The position numbers and the translations under genes were made by a program. 64,000 nucleotides of DNA from Candidatus Poribacteria bacterium. Its GTDB lineage: Bacteria > Poribacteria > WGA-4E > WGA-3G. The notes beneath the pieces are model-generated. The model had not been told where the DNA came from, did not search any database, and was given only the letters and a program-made list of their open reading frames with translations. Shown here one piece after another: positions 1-10,127 of the stretch; positions within the stretch are counted from its first letter, which is position 1; the number at the start of each line of letters is the position of its first letter. The stretch is from contig OZ219750.1 of the NCBI GenBank assembly GCA_964291315.2, forward strand, positions 160,001-224,000. The letters run 5' to 3'.

Positions 1-203
1 CTATTTTGCTCACCTTTAGCCGGACTTCCCGCGTTCCCTGTTCCACTCACAGGTAGGTTTGTGTTACCGTAGCTACCGCCTTCTTCAGTGGTTTCAGATT
101 GCGGGGCGAGTATCGGATCGCTTTCACAGCCAAACAAGATCAGCAAGCTTGCTATCATGCAGAGGAGCATAAAGGGTGTCGGTACGGTGGAGACTAGGTT
201 CAT
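1..203 (-). CDS. Lipoprotein, partial (runs off window start); last visible gene of the iron operon
   Basis: Manual translation from ATG 203: MNLVSTVPTPFMLLCMIASLLILFGCESDPILAP...; hydrophobic stretch plus LFGC lipobox, GAGGA RBS upstream, frame open to position 1. Confidence 0.65.
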   Translation of the reverse strand, partial: MNLVSTVPTPFMLLCMIASLLILFGCESDPILAPQSETTEEGGSYGNTNLPVSGTGNAGSPAKGEQN

Positions 204-298
204 TTTTAGATCCTCGATCTAGTACGCTTATACTTTGAAGTTGAGACTACTTTTCTATAGTGGTTTACACCGGCAGCTATCGGTGTAGATGTCGTCTG

Positions 299-1714
299 TT
301 ACAGAGATTCTAGGAACGCGATAAGGGCATCCCGTTCTGTTTTTGACATCTGTTCAACGGCTTGCCTAGATGCTTCTGCTTCTCCGCCGTGCCAGAGAAT
401 CGCTTCCATTAAGTTTCGGGCTCTGCCGTCATGGAGGAAGTTGTTATGGCCATTGACTCTTTTTACGAGTCCGATTCCCCAGAGCGGCGGTGTGCGCCAT
501 TCGTTACCGTCGGCATGAAAATCGGGACGGTTGTCGGCTAATTCAGGTCCCATGTCATGCAACAACATATCTGTATACGGGTGGATTGTCTGATTGCTGA
601 CCGAGGGGACCCCCGCTAAGACTCCAGTTCTGAATGTGGGTACATGACAGCTGGCGCATTGTGCTTTGGCAAAAAGCTGTTCGCCGTGCTGTACCTGTGG
701 GTCATCCATGTTGCGTCTTGCAGGCACTGCCAACGTTTGAACGTAGAACGTTACGACTTCTAATATCTCGTCGCTGACCTCTGGTGTTGCACTGTGTGTC
801 GTGAGTTGCGGTTGTCCCGCGGAATTCTCGATTGAGAAAAGAGAGGTAGTTATCCCCATATCGTCGTGATATGCGGCTGCGACTTGCTGGAGAAGTGTGG
901 GTTGGTTGGCTTTCCATCCGAAGCGTCCGAGAGCGTAACTTTGCTTAACGACATCCCAGACATAATTGGGTTTGCCTGAAATGCCGTCGGCATTAATATC
1001 GGCTTCGTCTGCGTATGCAAGGATCGCTTCCTCAGGGATTGCTTCGAGTAAGCCGAGTCCGAAGACGGCTGGTGCGACGCGCGGTGAGATTTCCACGTTT
1101 TCTGGAAGCGGCTGATACGTTTCCGTGATGGTATAGTTGGGGTAGCGTAGATACACACGCGTTCCGTCGGTCGTTGTTAGTGCTTGCTCGGTATAGTTAA
1201 TCTCGACTTTCCCCTCCGGGTTTACGTTAACAATGGCGCGGTTGTTGAGTTGTGTCCCGAAACCGGGCACCGGTGTTGGTGGTGTTCCGTCTGCTGAATT
1301 CTGGGCGTTTAGAAGACTGATCCTGAAAAGCAATGATACCAGACCTTCGTCGGAACCGGGGGGTCGCCCGCGGCCATCCCGGGAGTGGCAATTAATACAG
1401 GAAACGTTATTGTAGATGGGGCCGAGTCCAGGGTTTACCACGGCAGGTGCTGTGACGAAAACGGCTTCAAATTCAACATCACCTTCTAGATGTTTTTCAA
1501 GGGCTGCTGTGGAAAGATTCGGAGCGGGGATCGAGAAGGCGTGACTTGAGGCATCAAAAATGGTTGTCTCTCCGCCGGAAAATTCGTTTGTCCGAGATAC
1601 CGGTCTTGATTCTACTGCTATAGGAGACTCAGAGTCGCAAGCGCTTAGCAGTATTAATAGTAAAAGAGGGAAGGGCAGTGATCTCTGAAAAAGTTTCATT
1701 TTTTTCCCATTCAT
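299..1714 (-). CDS. Di-heme oxidoreductase (DHOR) family lipoprotein
   Basis: LSAC lipobox; two CxxCH motifs (CINCH, CASCH); GLGPIYN, GRFGWKA, WRTPPLWGIG, FLHDGRAR, EAILWHGGEA motifs. Confidence 0.9.
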   Translation of the reverse strand: MNGKKMKLFQRSLPFPLLLLILLSACDSESPIAVESRPVSRTNEFSGGETTIFDASSHAFSIPAPNLSTAALEKHLEGDVEFEAVFVTAPAVVNPGLGPIYNNVSCINCHSRDGRGRPPGSDEGLVSLLFRISLLNAQNSADGTPPTPVPGFGTQLNNRAIVNVNPEGKVEINYTEQALTTTDGTRVYLRYPNYTITETYQPLPENVEISPRVAPAVFGLGLLEAIPEEAILAYADEADINADGISGKPNYVWDVVKQSYALGRFGWKANQPTLLQQVAAAYHDDMGITTSLFSIENSAGQPQLTTHSATPEVSDEILEVVTFYVQTLAVPARRNMDDPQVQHGEQLFAKAQCASCHVPTFRTGVLAGVPSVSNQTIHPYTDMLLHDMGPELADNRPDFHADGNEWRTPPLWGIGLVKRVNGHNNFLHDGRARNLMEAILWHGGEAEASRQAVEQMSKTERDALIAFLESL

Positions 1715-1747
1715 ATCATATGAAGATGTGGCTATAGAGATGTGGTA

Positions 1748-1774
1748 AGGGAACAGCGCAAGCGGCTGTTCCCT
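1748..1774. repeat. Intergenic palindrome (REP-like or terminator hairpin)
   Basis: agggaacagc-gcaagcg-gctgttccct, 10-bp perfect stem. Confidence 0.5.
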
Positions 1775-1838
1775 GTAAAGACGAAATAGCCCTTTCGAAT
1801 TTACGTCGTTTGAAATTGGCTCTCTTTTTTAACATATA

Positions 1839-2930
1839 TTAGTTAAACTCACTCGCCTGAATGAGAGGGAGTATGTCTTGTTCAAGTGTCTGTTGAACCT
1901 TACTGACTGCATCTATAGCGGCTTGGACAGCGGCGCGGTTAGCGGTAATTGAGTCTCGGAACGGGTCTGGAATTTCGCCGATAGCGTCAATTGCTGCCTG
2001 TATTTCTGATTGGAATCGGGAATCTAACTGGGGATCCGTGCTGCTCACAAAATCGTTAAGCCCTTGTCCTTCAGTCATGTATTTTCCCATGTAGACGTTC
2101 TGGATTCCTCGGATATTGTCTTGGAAATCCGAGATGGAGTTGAAGCTAAACTGGGATTCAACGAGAGTTGTATCTGATTCGTTGTAAGGGTCAGATATTT
2201 TACCGTTGGCGACCTCGTCTGCGATGGTTATCATGCCGTTAATCATCTCTTGTACCGCTGCGCTTTGCGAGGGATAGATGGCACTTCCTTTTCCGGCTTG
2301 TGCAACTGCGCTGCTAAAATTTTCACCTTCGGGGGCCCAGGCCAAACGTAGCTGTGAGGTGCTTGCCTTAAGGTTTTCTGTGGTTGCAACGAGGTATTCC
2401 AATTCGCGTGGGGTTATATCGGATGCCTTACGTTGGTTGCCATCACGGAAGAGCAAAAATTCGATAGTGTGAAACCCTTTCTGTGTATCTTCTAAGCCGC
2501 TGACAAATTCGACTGTCAATGCGTCATTACTATCCAAAACAGATTGCAGGTTGACGTGATCAACGGGCCAGCTATCTAAAGCTGGGTCGAGCCCTTGTGT
2601 ATCAACAGGTCCGAACAGGAAAGCTTCGCTCTGTTCCCAAGGTGTTCGTGTGGCTTTCCACGCCTGTTGTGCGTTTTCAAGGTTCGTTTGCGTTGTATCT
2701 TTTTCTAGTGCTTTAACGGCAGCTAGCAGTTCGCCTGCTTTGTTATCGAGTTCGGTGTATGTAGTTAACACGACTGTATTCGCGAAGTTGTTGAGCATCG
2801 TGCTTGCATCAAAAGCTGCAGCTTGCGAATCGTCGGGGGAGTCTGTTTCATCGTCACTGCCACACCCGATAACAAAGGCAGATGTGAGGAGTAGAAAACA
2901 GAAGAGTGTCCAAACTTTATAGCGTGTCAT
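1839..2930 (-). CDS. Imelysin (peptidase M75 / IrpA-like) iron-uptake lipoprotein
   Basis: VIGC lipobox; WEQSEAFLFGP, LDSWP, GFHTIEFLLF (GxHxxE) and ESQFS motifs. Confidence 0.9.
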   Translation of the reverse strand: MTRYKVWTLFCFLLLTSAFVIGCGSDDETDSPDDSQAAAFDASTMLNNFANTVVLTTYTELDNKAGELLAAVKALEKDTTQTNLENAQQAWKATRTPWEQSEAFLFGPVDTQGLDPALDSWPVDHVNLQSVLDSNDALTVEFVSGLEDTQKGFHTIEFLLFRDGNQRKASDITPRELEYLVATTENLKASTSQLRLAWAPEGENFSSAVAQAGKGSAIYPSQSAAVQEMINGMITIADEVANGKISDPYNESDTTLVESQFSFNSISDFQDNIRGIQNVYMGKYMTEGQGLNDFVSSTDPQLDSRFQSEIQAAIDAIGEIPDPFRDSITANRAAVQAAIDAVSKVQQTLEQDILPLIQASEFN

Positions 2931-3047
2931 AAAAATCTCCGTGTTATATAAGTTGTAGGTTATCAGTATTCAGTTAGGAGGTGCCTTTGGTTACGGGCAA
3001 CTCTCTTTTTATTTTTAGATTATCGAAGACTGATGCTTAACTTTCCT

Positions 3048-4295
3048 TTAATATTGGAAGCCGAAACCGAGTGAAAAGGTATTTTCCCTATTTTTATCCT
3101 TTGTTGCTAACCTTCGGAGGGAGTAATGGCTCTTAAACACCAGCTGTGGGTGAGCGTGGTAGTTAATTCCGAAGGTCCATGTACTTCTCTCCCACCGCGG
3201 ATTGTCAAAGATAATTCCTTCAACGCTCGCCATTGTATCGTAAAAATCGTAGCGTGCGAAAATATCTAAGACGGTATCTGTAGGCGTATCCTTTAGCGCG
3301 CGTTGTTCCGCGCTGTTTTTGGATCGCTTGAAAAACGACAGGATATCGTAACCTGCCTCAACGTACCAACCTAATGCTGAACTTCCTATGGGTGTACGCT
3401 TCACGTTGAGATTGTTGGAGAGGGTCCGGTTGACCTTAGACAAGCGGTCTGCGTTCTCGAGCGTTCCCCAGAGGAACAATCCGCGTACCTTCACAGCGTT
3501 GATCTCATAAAAGCCGTGAAGGCTCAGAATCCCGACGTGTGCATTGAAGTCTACGTCAGGTTTGGGTCGGTGCGGTGCGGTGTCTCCATAGTAACCTGAG
3601 ATACCGAGGGTTGCGTTTTGATGAAGTGCGTAGTCCAGTCGTCCGACAAATGCGGGTGCCTCGGCGTTAGCCGTTTCAAACCGCAGTTGGTGTCCAGGGA
3701 CGATCCAGTGTCGCGAGCTGAAACCAGTTGAATCTAATCCGTTAACGATTTGGCATTGATAATTCAGTGCCCCGAGTGAGCCGAAAAGTTCGATGCCTGT
3801 TTCGTGCCAGATTGTTGGGATGAGATGTACCTCTGCTTCGGGGCGTGTGGTGGTAAAGTAGTGTTGCGGTCGATGCCGTTTCGCAACGAGCCCGACAGGA
3901 ACAATGATGTGTCCAACGCGGAGGTTAAAGAGGGATTGGAAGGAGAAGACAGCTGCGAGTTTTTCGACGATCACCTCGCCACCTTTTTCGATTTCTGTCT
4001 CAAATTCTCCAAACTCTTCAAACTTGTCGAATTCCATTGTGCTGCCGGTACCGCCATGCTCAAATTCAAGTTCCGCTTCGAGGGAAATAGTATCGTTGAT
4101 ACGGTACTTGGGTGCGATGACAAAACGTTCCACGTCAACAGCTGCGCGTCTGCTTGGGTCAAGTTCCCAATCGAAATGTGAATAGTTAATCACGCCGTAG
4201 CCTGAGACCGAGAATGGATTCGGTTCAGCAATAGCATTGATATTTAGTAAAATGAACATTCCCCAAACGGTGGGGAAAACTAGGTGTTTCTTCAT
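3048..4295 (-). CDS. Outer-membrane beta-barrel porin of imelysin-type iron uptake loci
   Basis: Signal peptide; ELEFEHGGTG, IPTIWHETG motifs; alternating beta strands ending in aromatic residue (GFGFQY); operon context. Confidence 0.75.
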   Translation of the reverse strand: MKKHLVFPTVWGMFILLNINAIAEPNPFSVSGYGVINYSHFDWELDPSRRAAVDVERFVIAPKYRINDTISLEAELEFEHGGTGSTMEFDKFEEFGEFETEIEKGGEVIVEKLAAVFSFQSLFNLRVGHIIVPVGLVAKRHRPQHYFTTTRPEAEVHLIPTIWHETGIELFGSLGALNYQCQIVNGLDSTGFSSRHWIVPGHQLRFETANAEAPAFVGRLDYALHQNATLGISGYYGDTAPHRPKPDVDFNAHVGILSLHGFYEINAVKVRGLFLWGTLENADRLSKVNRTLSNNLNVKRTPIGSSALGWYVEAGYDILSFFKRSKNSAEQRALKDTPTDTVLDIFARYDFYDTMASVEGIIFDNPRWERSTWTFGINYHAHPQLVFKSHYSLRRLATKDKNRENTFSLGFGFQY

Positions 4296-4315
4296 AGATA
4301 TAGATTTTCTGTTAT

Positions 4316-4334
4316 GATATTGATACTCATTATC
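4316..4334. promoter_or_regulatory. Fur box 1
   Basis: GATATTGATACTCATTATC, 17/19 match to GATAATGATAATCATTATC, about 20 bp upstream of the porin start. Confidence 0.8.
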
Positions 4335-4398
4335 ATATTACAATTCTTGAGTGTAGAGCAAAATTGTGAACGTTTAGCAGCGGATGCCTCAAAATATT

Positions 4399-4417
4399 GA
4401 TAATAGGTCTCATTATC
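4399..4417. promoter_or_regulatory. Fur box 2
   Basis: GATAATAGGTCTCATTATC, 14/19 match with intact outer arms. Confidence 0.6.
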
Positions 4418-4487
4418 TAATTATATTCACAGGTTTCTACGAATGCAAACTCGCAATCAATTGCAGATAGCTATGCAAATCACGTTA

Positions 4488-4516
4488 AGTATACCCACAA
4501 TTTTTGTAAATGTCAA
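4488..4516 (-). promoter_or_regulatory. Sigma70 promoter of the iron uptake operon
   Basis: Minus strand TTGACA-17 bp-TATACT. Confidence 0.7.
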
Positions 4517-4892
4517 ATAAATTTTAAAAAACATCAAATTTTTTGTCAAATCTAAAATAAAGGGCATTGTAGGTTCAATAAAACTTGCCATTGGGAATGA
4601 CCTATTTATCTGGTATTCTACGCGTTAGCTTTGAAATAAGTTGACACAGTGTTAAGGGGTACGTAACAGTCAATTGATGTTCTGTAGCTGATATATTAAT
4701 TTATAAAAGCGTGAGCTTCATAAATACCTCACTGTTTTCTTTCTTTAAAGAACCTTGTTTGGTATAATAACGTGAGTTTGAAAAAGATTAGGAAGCTCTT
4801 TTGTAGCATAACCTGCTAGGTTATGCCTCAGTGCTTGTAGCAGAGGCTGTGAGTCTGTCCTCTGTAGATGAACCTAATATTTGAGGAATGCA

Positions 4893-5771
4893 ATGTTAAA
4901 CCTAACGCCAGAATTGATTGATAATATAGAAAATATGGAGACGCTCTTAGCGTTTTTTCGTGACACTCTCGACTGGCCTATCCCCGAAGACGTGACGCTC
5001 GGCGAGATAGCTTTCCCGTGGTCGTCATCAGAGCTGGATCTTGATGAAACGGCTGAGGCACGAGTCGCTGACTGTCTGCAGCTGCCGCCGTTCGCGCGCG
5101 AGGCGTTGGGATTTTCTCCCGAGGTCGGCTCGCAGCCGTGGGGCATCTTCTTTGTTGAATTCAGCAGTGAGCGGGTGTATCGCACGGAGTTGCGGCGGGT
5201 TCTGCGAGGTCTGGTTGAAAGGCGCACCCGAGATGCGCATCTGCCTGCGTGGGAGCTGGATCATCTGCTGTTCATCTGCACGACTGCTGATTTTCAGCAG
5301 TTTGCGTTCGCCCACTTTTCAGGTGCGGGTGCGTCTTGGCAGGATGCGGTGCTGTCTATATTCTCGTGGGATCGCGGGGATACGCACCTTCGGACGCTGT
5401 GTGAATACAATCTGCCGGCTCTGGTGTTTCCAAGAGGCGGTTTTTCGTCGCCGCAAGCGTGGGTTGCTAAATGGCAGCGTGCGTTTGATGTAGAGGCTGT
5501 GACGGATCAGTTTTTCCGTGAGTATAAGAGCGTCTTTGCGTTGGTGGAGGCCTCGCTGTCAGGGATCCCAAAGGATGCGTCGGATGAGCGTCGTCTGTAT
5601 ACGCAGCGTCTGTTGAATCGTTTGATGTTTCTGCGTTTTCTTGAGAGAAAAGGTTGTTTGCGGTATGCGGGTCGCCGGGACTACTTGCGTGCGTTGTATG
5701 AGGCGTCGGTGGGGATAGAATCGTTGTCTGGCAGTGCGGCATCGCTAAGAAGCGGGGGGGGTAATCTCTGA
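4893..5771 (+). pseudogene. N-terminal part of a frameshifted Eco57I/type IIG-like R-M enzyme
   Basis: AFDVEAVTDQFFREY and QRLLNRLMFLRFLERKG are typical pre-MTase motifs; frame ends just after the G8 run; GAGGA RBS before ATG 4893. Confidence 0.75.
5754..5761 (+). repeat. G8 homopolymer at the frameshift of the R-M gene
   Basis: agc GGGGGGGG taatc; G7 or G10 joins the two ORFs in frame. Confidence 0.75.
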
Positions 5772-5799
5772 TAAGCATAAGCCACCTCACATAGAGAGC

Positions 5800-8070
5800 T
5801 TGCTCAACGACCGGCTCTATTACGTCTTCTTCCACGGTCTCAGCAATCCCGCCGGCCAGTCCGAAGCCGAAGCTGCCGCTGCTCGCAGTCGGCGCGGCGA
5901 TGTGCCGTTCCTCAACGGTGGACTCTTCGAGATGCAGCCGTATGATGAACAACACGCAGTGGATCTGCCGAACGACACCTTCGCTGACATCCTCAACCTC
6001 TTTGAACGTTATAACTTCACGATCACCGAATCGACGCCGCTAGACATAGAGGTTGCAGTAGACCCGGAGATGCTGGGTAAGGTGTTTGAGGAACTGGTGA
6101 CGGGCCGGCACGCCAGTGGGAGCTACTACACGCCGCGTGCGGTTGTCTCTTTCATGTGCAGGGAGAGCCTGAAGCTCTGCTTGCAGAAGCAGACAACGGA
6201 GAGCGCGGCGTGCCTGACACAGTTCGTAGACGGTGGCGATGCCACGGGCATTCGCGATTCAGAGGGCGTGTTAGCGGTGCTGCAGAACTTACGGGTGTGT
6301 GATCCTGCGTGTGGGAGCGGTGCGTATCTACTCGGGATGATGGGCGAACTGCTCCGCCTGCGCGATGCTCTGTTCCAAAGCGATCAGACCGATTCTGGCA
6401 CGGTGTATGAACGCAAGCTGGAGATTATCCGGAAGAACCTTTACGGCGTGGACAGAGACGACTTCGCTGTCAACATTGCGATGTTGCGCCTCTGGCTGAG
6501 CCTCACAGTAGACTATGAAGGCGATGTGCCGCAGCCGCTGCCGAACTTGGATTACAAAGTGGCGGTGGGAGACAGCCTGACCGGTGCAGCCCCGGAACAG
6601 ATGACGCTCGACAGGCCGTGGATCCAAAAGATACAAGAGAAACAAGCGGACTATCTCGTTACGCATGTCGATGCGAAAAAACAGGCACTCCGAGCGGAGA
6701 TCGCCGCACTCCGAGCGGATCTTCAAGGCTGGCGAGCGAGTGCTGATGAGTTTGTCTGGCAGGTTGAGTTTCCGGAGGTTTTTCAAGCGGGCGGCTTTGA
6801 CATTGTGATTGGCAACCCGCCTTATGTGCGACAAGAACTTATCAAAGCGATGAAGCCGACTTACAAGCGGCTATTCCCAGAGGTGTATGTCGGCACCGCA
6901 GACCTCTACGTCTATTTTTACAAGCGCGGCACGGAGCTGCTGCGGAGGCACGGCATCTTGGCGTATATCTCCTCAAACAAGTTTTTGCGGGCAGCGTATG
7001 GTAGAAAACTGCGCGCATTTTTCTCCGATGCCCAACGCATTCAGCGGCTGCTTGACTTCGGGAGTGTCGCTGTCTTCAAAGCGAGTGTGGATACCTGTAT
7101 CCTGATCCTTGAAAATGCCACATCAGACGGAGCGCCTTTTTCGGTGGCGACGTTTCGGGATGCCTCCGATGTGCTGCGGTTGTCTGCGGCGTTTCAGGAG
7201 CGGGCGTTTCGGCTGCACCCGCGTGATTTATCAGCGGAGGGCTGGACGTTGGCATCCCCCGAGACACTGCAGCTCCTGCGGAAACTCGAAACAACTGGCA
7301 CACCCCTCGGCGAATATGTGGATGGACTTTGGCGCGGGGTCGTAACAGGATATAACAAGGCATTTATCATCGATGCGGCTGTGCGGCAGCGGCTGATCTC
7401 CGAGGATCCGAAGAGCGATGAGCTCATAAAGCCTTTGCTCAGAGGGCGAGACCTTAGAAAGTGGCGGACGGATAGCACAGGGCAATATCTCATCTTCACA
7501 CGGCAGGGGGTTGAGATTGACCGATACCCAGCTGTCAAGAAACATCTGAGCCAATATAGAGAGGCACTTGAAAATAGGGCAGCAGGACCCTATCAGTGGT
7601 ATGAAATACAAGCGAATACCGCTTATTATGACAAGTTCGAAAAACCGAAGATTGTCTATCGAGACATAGAAAAAGTCTTTTCTGCTTGCTATGACACAAC
7701 GAAAGCATTCGGTTTAAACACAACCCACTTTATACCGACGCATGATCTCTCTTTGATCGCTACCTTAAACAGCACACTGTTTGATTGGTATGCACGCCAT
7801 AAATTCCAGAGCCTTAATGATCCTTGGATAGGTGGTGGTTTGCGTTTCTTTTCGCAATATATGGAGCAGGTTCCTATAGCAGATCGGACATCAACACAGA
7901 GAGCAGAAGTATCATGCCTTGTCGAGCAGATATTGGCAGATCCAGAGAGCGAGGGCGTGCGCGACATAGAGCGGGAGATAGACGTGTGGGTGTATCGGGT
8001 GTATGAGTTAACAGATGCGGAGATCGCGTTGATTGAGCAGACGTATCGTGAGGCGGGGATGGCGCGGTGA
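5800..8070 (+). CDS. C-terminal part: N6-adenine DNA methyltransferase (Eco57I/TaqI-like) with target recognition domain
   Basis: VPFLNGGLF, DPEMLGKVFE, GSYYTP, DPACGSGAYL (motif I), GNPPYVRQE (motif IV), TaqI_C-like PKIVY; frame already open from 5761. Confidence 0.9.
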   Translation: MLNDRLYYVFFHGLSNPAGQSEAEAAAARSRRGDVPFLNGGLFEMQPYDEQHAVDLPNDTFADILNLFERYNFTITESTPLDIEVAVDPEMLGKVFEELVTGRHASGSYYTPRAVVSFMCRESLKLCLQKQTTESAACLTQFVDGGDATGIRDSEGVLAVLQNLRVCDPACGSGAYLLGMMGELLRLRDALFQSDQTDSGTVYERKLEIIRKNLYGVDRDDFAVNIAMLRLWLSLTVDYEGDVPQPLPNLDYKVAVGDSLTGAAPEQMTLDRPWIQKIQEKQADYLVTHVDAKKQALRAEIAALRADLQGWRASADEFVWQVEFPEVFQAGGFDIVIGNPPYVRQELIKAMKPTYKRLFPEVYVGTADLYVYFYKRGTELLRRHGILAYISSNKFLRAAYGRKLRAFFSDAQRIQRLLDFGSVAVFKASVDTCILILENATSDGAPFSVATFRDASDVLRLSAAFQERAFRLHPRDLSAEGWTLASPETLQLLRKLETTGTPLGEYVDGLWRGVVTGYNKAFIIDAAVRQRLISEDPKSDELIKPLLRGRDLRKWRTDSTGQYLIFTRQGVEIDRYPAVKKHLSQYREALENRAAGPYQWYEIQANTAYYDKFEKPKIVYRDIEKVFSACYDTTKAFGLNTTHFIPTHDLSLIATLNSTLFDWYARHKFQSLNDPWIGGGLRFFSQYMEQVPIADRTSTQRAEVSCLVEQILADPESEGVRDIEREIDVWVYRVYELTDAEIALIEQTYREAGMAR

Positions 8071-8377
8071 AAAAGAGGGCGGCATTCGGAGGTACCTCCT
8101 ACAGCGGAAAAACAGACATTCCACAAGGTATGTAGTATTCTAATTAACATAAGTTTGAAAAAAGAGTTAAGAGAGCTCTTTTTCCCATAACTTCTCAGGG
8201 TGTTCAAGCAACTTGAGGCAGAAACTGTCAGGCTGTGCATCTTCAATGCTTGTCTGCATCACTTGTTCGGTTCCGCCAGGGATCTCTTAATTCAAAGATG
8301 ACTTAAACATTTATCAAGCTCGCGTTATAAAAAAAGAAGTGCACGTCTGTGTGTCTTGATAGAAAAAGGAGATAAAA

Positions 8378-9467
8378 TTGCGAACAACATTTTTCATCCT
8401 ATTCACTCTTGGGGTGCTCCTGTCTTCGGGTGTTTCGTTTGCAGGCGCAGCAGAGTGGCAGGAGAGCGTCATAACAAGCCAGACAGATGAGAATGTGTAT
8501 GTTGTCATCTCGACGTGGAAGGTTGAAAATACAAAGAAAGGCATTCCGGGCGGTTTCCGGACGCGCGGAACTTACCGTATCCTTAAACGACGGTGCTCAA
8601 AATGACAACACTGAAAACACTGAAAATGAAGATGCCCTTCCTGCCCCTCAGCAAGAGGCGGTTCCTGCGGGCATGGTGTTGATCCCCGCGGGTACATTTC
8701 AGATGGGCAGCAACAGCAGATGGATGCCAAATAATCAGCATAACATCGACTGGCATGCAAGTAGAGATGAGAGCCCTATTCACACTGTCACTTTAGATGC
8801 GTTTTATATGGACACCCACGAAGTGACAAACGCAGAATATACTGAATTTTTAAACGCAAAAGGAGAAAATATCAACACTGACCACGTATGGCACTGGCCA
8901 GGCATAGACATCGTTCTCGATCACAGAAGCGGTAAATATACCGTATTAAAGGGATATGAGAACCACCTTGTCTTTAGTGTCAGTTGGTATGGCGCGATGG
9001 CTTATGCAAATTGGGCAGGCAAACGGCTACCGACCGAGGCGGAGTGGGAATACGCTGCACGCGGCGGGTTAGCTGGCAAGGAATATCCTTGGGGCGACAC
9101 GTTTGACAGCACGCGGGCGAACTGCTCCGATAATAATATCGATGATACGACAGCGGTAGGGAGTTATGCGCCGAACGGTTACGGTCTGTATGATATGGCG
9201 GGGAACGTCTATGAATGGTGCTTAGATGTGTATAATTATAACTTCTATGCTATTTTGCCTGCCCGGAATCCGTTGTCGGGTGCGCCTAGTATTCAGTGGT
9301 TATTGGATAACTACGAAAAGACTGACAGTCACCTCCACCTCGTCTTGCGCGGCGGCTCATGGAGCAGCGATGCGCTGCGTATGCGAGTTGCGTATCGTTA
9401 TCACTATTCGCCTACGTTGACGTACTCCGGTGGTGGGTTCCGTTGTGTGAAATCTCTAACCCCTTGA
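8378..9467 (+). pseudogene. Secreted formylglycine-generating enzyme (FGE/SUMF1) domain protein, frameshifted between signal peptide and catalytic-type domain
   Basis: 8378..8605 has RBS plus signal peptide; 8487..9467 in another frame has IPAGTFQMG, RLPTEAEWEYAARGG, YGLYDMAGNVYEW, RGGSW, GFRCV. Confidence 0.7.
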
Positions 9468-9620
9468 AGCTTTGCTGTCTAATACTTTTTAGGCTCAGGT
9501 GAATCGCTGAAAGGCACTGAAGATAGAATCCAAGGCGTGATGGCGAGTAAGCGTTTGCTTACTTACAGCTATCACGTCCTTTTATTTATTCTTAACTCCA
9601 CGGAGGACGATTTAGCACTA

Positions 9621-10091
9621 TCAGATGGAGGTTGATAGTCTAAGCATTGCAGCGAGATATAACGTTCTATTCTGATTCCTGAACGGTCCCGGGGTCTCAG
9701 GAGTTTCTGGAAACCTAGAGAACAGTTGTGCTTCACTAACCTCGTTAAGGTCGATTGGTTTTCCGAGCGTTTCAATTTCTCCGAAGTAAGCAATTCCCCA
9801 GTATTCAAGAGTGAACATAAAGTAGTGAATGTAGCATAGAACTTCGAGATCCTTCAGCTTTGCGCCTGTCTCTTCTAGGAGTTCCCGGTGTGCGGCCTCT
9901 TCAGCGGTTTCTCCCGGTTCGACGCGTCCGCCAGGTAATACCCAAAAATCGCTATCTTGCCATTTGCAGAAGAGGATTCGATGTTGTTGATGCGCGATGC
10001 AATTGACGACATCGATGTGTCCTACGTCTGTTGGAGGTTTTCCAAAATGGAGCAGCATGTGTCCATCTTGTTCTTCGACTCTTTGAACCAA
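9621..10091 (-). CDS. NUDIX hydrolase
   Basis: Nudix box GGRVEPGETAEEAAHRELLEETG. Confidence 0.9.
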   Translation of the reverse strand: MVQRVEEQDGHMLLHFGKPPTDVGHIDVVNCIAHQQHRILFCKWQDSDFWVLPGGRVEPGETAEEAAHRELLEETGAKLKDLEVLCYIHYFMFTLEYWGIAYFGEIETLGKPIDLNEVSEAQLFSRFPETPETPGPFRNQNRTLYLAAMLRLSTSI

Positions 10092-10127
10092 TTCTCCCCT
10101 CCGTATTATACCTTCTTGTCTGCTCTG

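Noticed and set aside
8487-9467. Diversity-generating retroelement target
   Set aside because: No reverse transcriptase and no template repeat of the 3' end seen in this window
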